Assembly (NCBI GenBank): GCA_012026655.1
Contig: JAAILG010000296.1
Coordinates: 1 to 64,000 of the forward strand
DNA from: Hydrolagus affinis
Taxonomy: Eukaryota
Direction of reading: 5' to 3'
Length of the DNA: 64,000 nt
The notes beneath the pieces were generated by a model. The model saw nothing but the letters and a program-made list of their open reading frames with translations. It searched no databases and was not told where the DNA came from. The number at the start of each line of letters is the position of its first letter. Within the stretch, counting starts at the first letter, position 1. Positions 62,664-64,000 of the stretch are shown here, piece after piece. The translations under genes were made by a program, and so were the position numbers.

Positions 62664-63017
62664 CCACTGTGAGCTGGATTGCACTTCCCCAGAGGTGTTT
62701 CTCGGGCAGCAGACAGTGATAGGTGCCGGAGTCAGAGAGTTTCAAATTGCTTATGACCAAACTGAAGGAACTTTGAAAGTGGCTTCTGGTGACGATGAAA
62801 CGGTCATCTACGGACTTCTCTCGGACGATCTTATTCAGGACACTGGCAGAGATCACAAATTGGGGGCTGCCGTCCTCTGCCATTCGCAACCAAAACAGTT
62901 CCAGTTCGGCTAATGATTTTCCCTTTAGGTTACAGGAGAGTTCAGTACGGCTGCCTATGAGCTCCAATTTCTTATTGACATTTGGTTGTAAGGTCAATGA
63001 TGATGCCCTGGAAAGAC
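62664..63017 (-). CDS. CD8B: CD8B Ig V-set exon, LSRASSLTLQP...TELSCNL...LFWLR...SDSGTYHCLLPEKHLWGSAIQLTV
   Basis: AG 63019-63018 (the only nearby acceptor giving phase 1), GTTAGT at 62663; 354 bp; canonical Cys/Trp/DxGxYxC; same-strand position upstream of CD8A. Confidence 0.92.
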
Positions 63018-64000
63018 CTGTTGAGAGGGAGAGAGAGAGGAGAGACAGAGAGAGAGAAAGAAAATAATTGCGTTAAACAATTCTCATCACAAAATTCCCC
63101 TAAAATATACATACACACCCTCACTGTATACGCTACACACAAACTCGTCCCTTTCTCTTCCACAAGAAGTTAATATCCAGTCGTTTGAAAGTTTTGCACA
63201 CACTAATTATCAATAATAAAATTTAAATGTCTTGGATTTGATATAGATTCTTTCCCGTCTAAGGAAAGTGTTAAGTGTAATGCCTGCGCTTCATTTTAAT
63301 ACTAAGCAAATATTAATTAATGTAAAATACAAAATGTACAAAATAATAATATGATATAATAATACTTGCATTTGTTTTAGCTCCTTATCACATTGTTAAG
63401 ACGCCTAAAAGAGCTTTACAGAATATACTGTAAAGTGATTTATTGTATGTTTTGTGGGAAAAATGTGTAAATATATCTATATGTACAAATATTAATTGCC
63501 CCAAATTATATGTAAGATTTTCCATAATCAATTTCCCTGATGCTATAGGACTCATATATACTGTAAGTTAACTACTAAGTAAATATTAATGGACGCAAAT
63601 ACGACATGTGTAAATATATGTACAAGCCCAAATATTAATTTCTACACCAATCTCCCTAGTGCTGCAGGATGGAGAGAAATTCACTACTTTGCATTTTACT
63701 CCAGTAAAAATTATCCCCATATCTGACTGAATTTCAACAGCAATTTTCCTACAGCCAGCGACTGGGCTGGTACGTAGAATCATAGAATCCTACAGCATAG
63801 AAAGAGGCCATTCAGCCCATTGTGCCTGAGCCGGCTCATTGAAAGTGCCACCAGCTAGTCCCACTCCCCAGCTCTTACCCCATAAAACTTGCATATGTTT
63901 CCTTTTCGGGTATTTTCCACATTGCGATTTATTTCCGAGATTACTTACTTAAACAGCATTTCAACATGAAGAGATATTTCAGCAGCTTCATGTTGCCCTG

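Noticed and set aside
63018-64000. CD8B signal-peptide exon
   Set aside because: No ATG-initiated hydrophobic segment ending at a phase-1 donor was found; the region is SINE/CR1 and AT-rich, so the leader is probably outside the window

Overview
Vertebrate genomic DNA, most likely a cartilaginous fish such as a chimaera/elephant shark. The species call is inferred from protein divergence and the repeat families, not from a database match. Three genes were reconstructed exon by exon from GT-AG boundaries and continuous reading frames. (1) The last five coding exons of RMND5A on + (1121-7115). (2) A complete CD8A coding region on - (32494-24984: leader, Ig-V, S/T-rich stalk, TM, two cytoplasmic exons). 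(3) CD8B on - (63017-49543), whose leader exon appears to lie beyond the window end. Both CD8 chains carry a CxH cytoplasmic motif on clearly paralogous small exons. The rest is dense in retroelements (a very abundant tRNA-headed SINE with an L2-type tail, an older Deu-domain SINE, L2 and CR1 LINE fragments), plus two small DNA-transposon relics, microsatellites, a long nested inverted repeat and two N gaps. Best leads: an in-frame Cys-rich candidate cassette exon inside the RMND5A RING region, a duplicated TCF/LEF + E-box module downstream of CD8A, alternative CD8 tail and 3'UTR splicing, and the hairpin in CD8A intron 2. All non-canonical isoforms and enhancers are predictions from sequence only.
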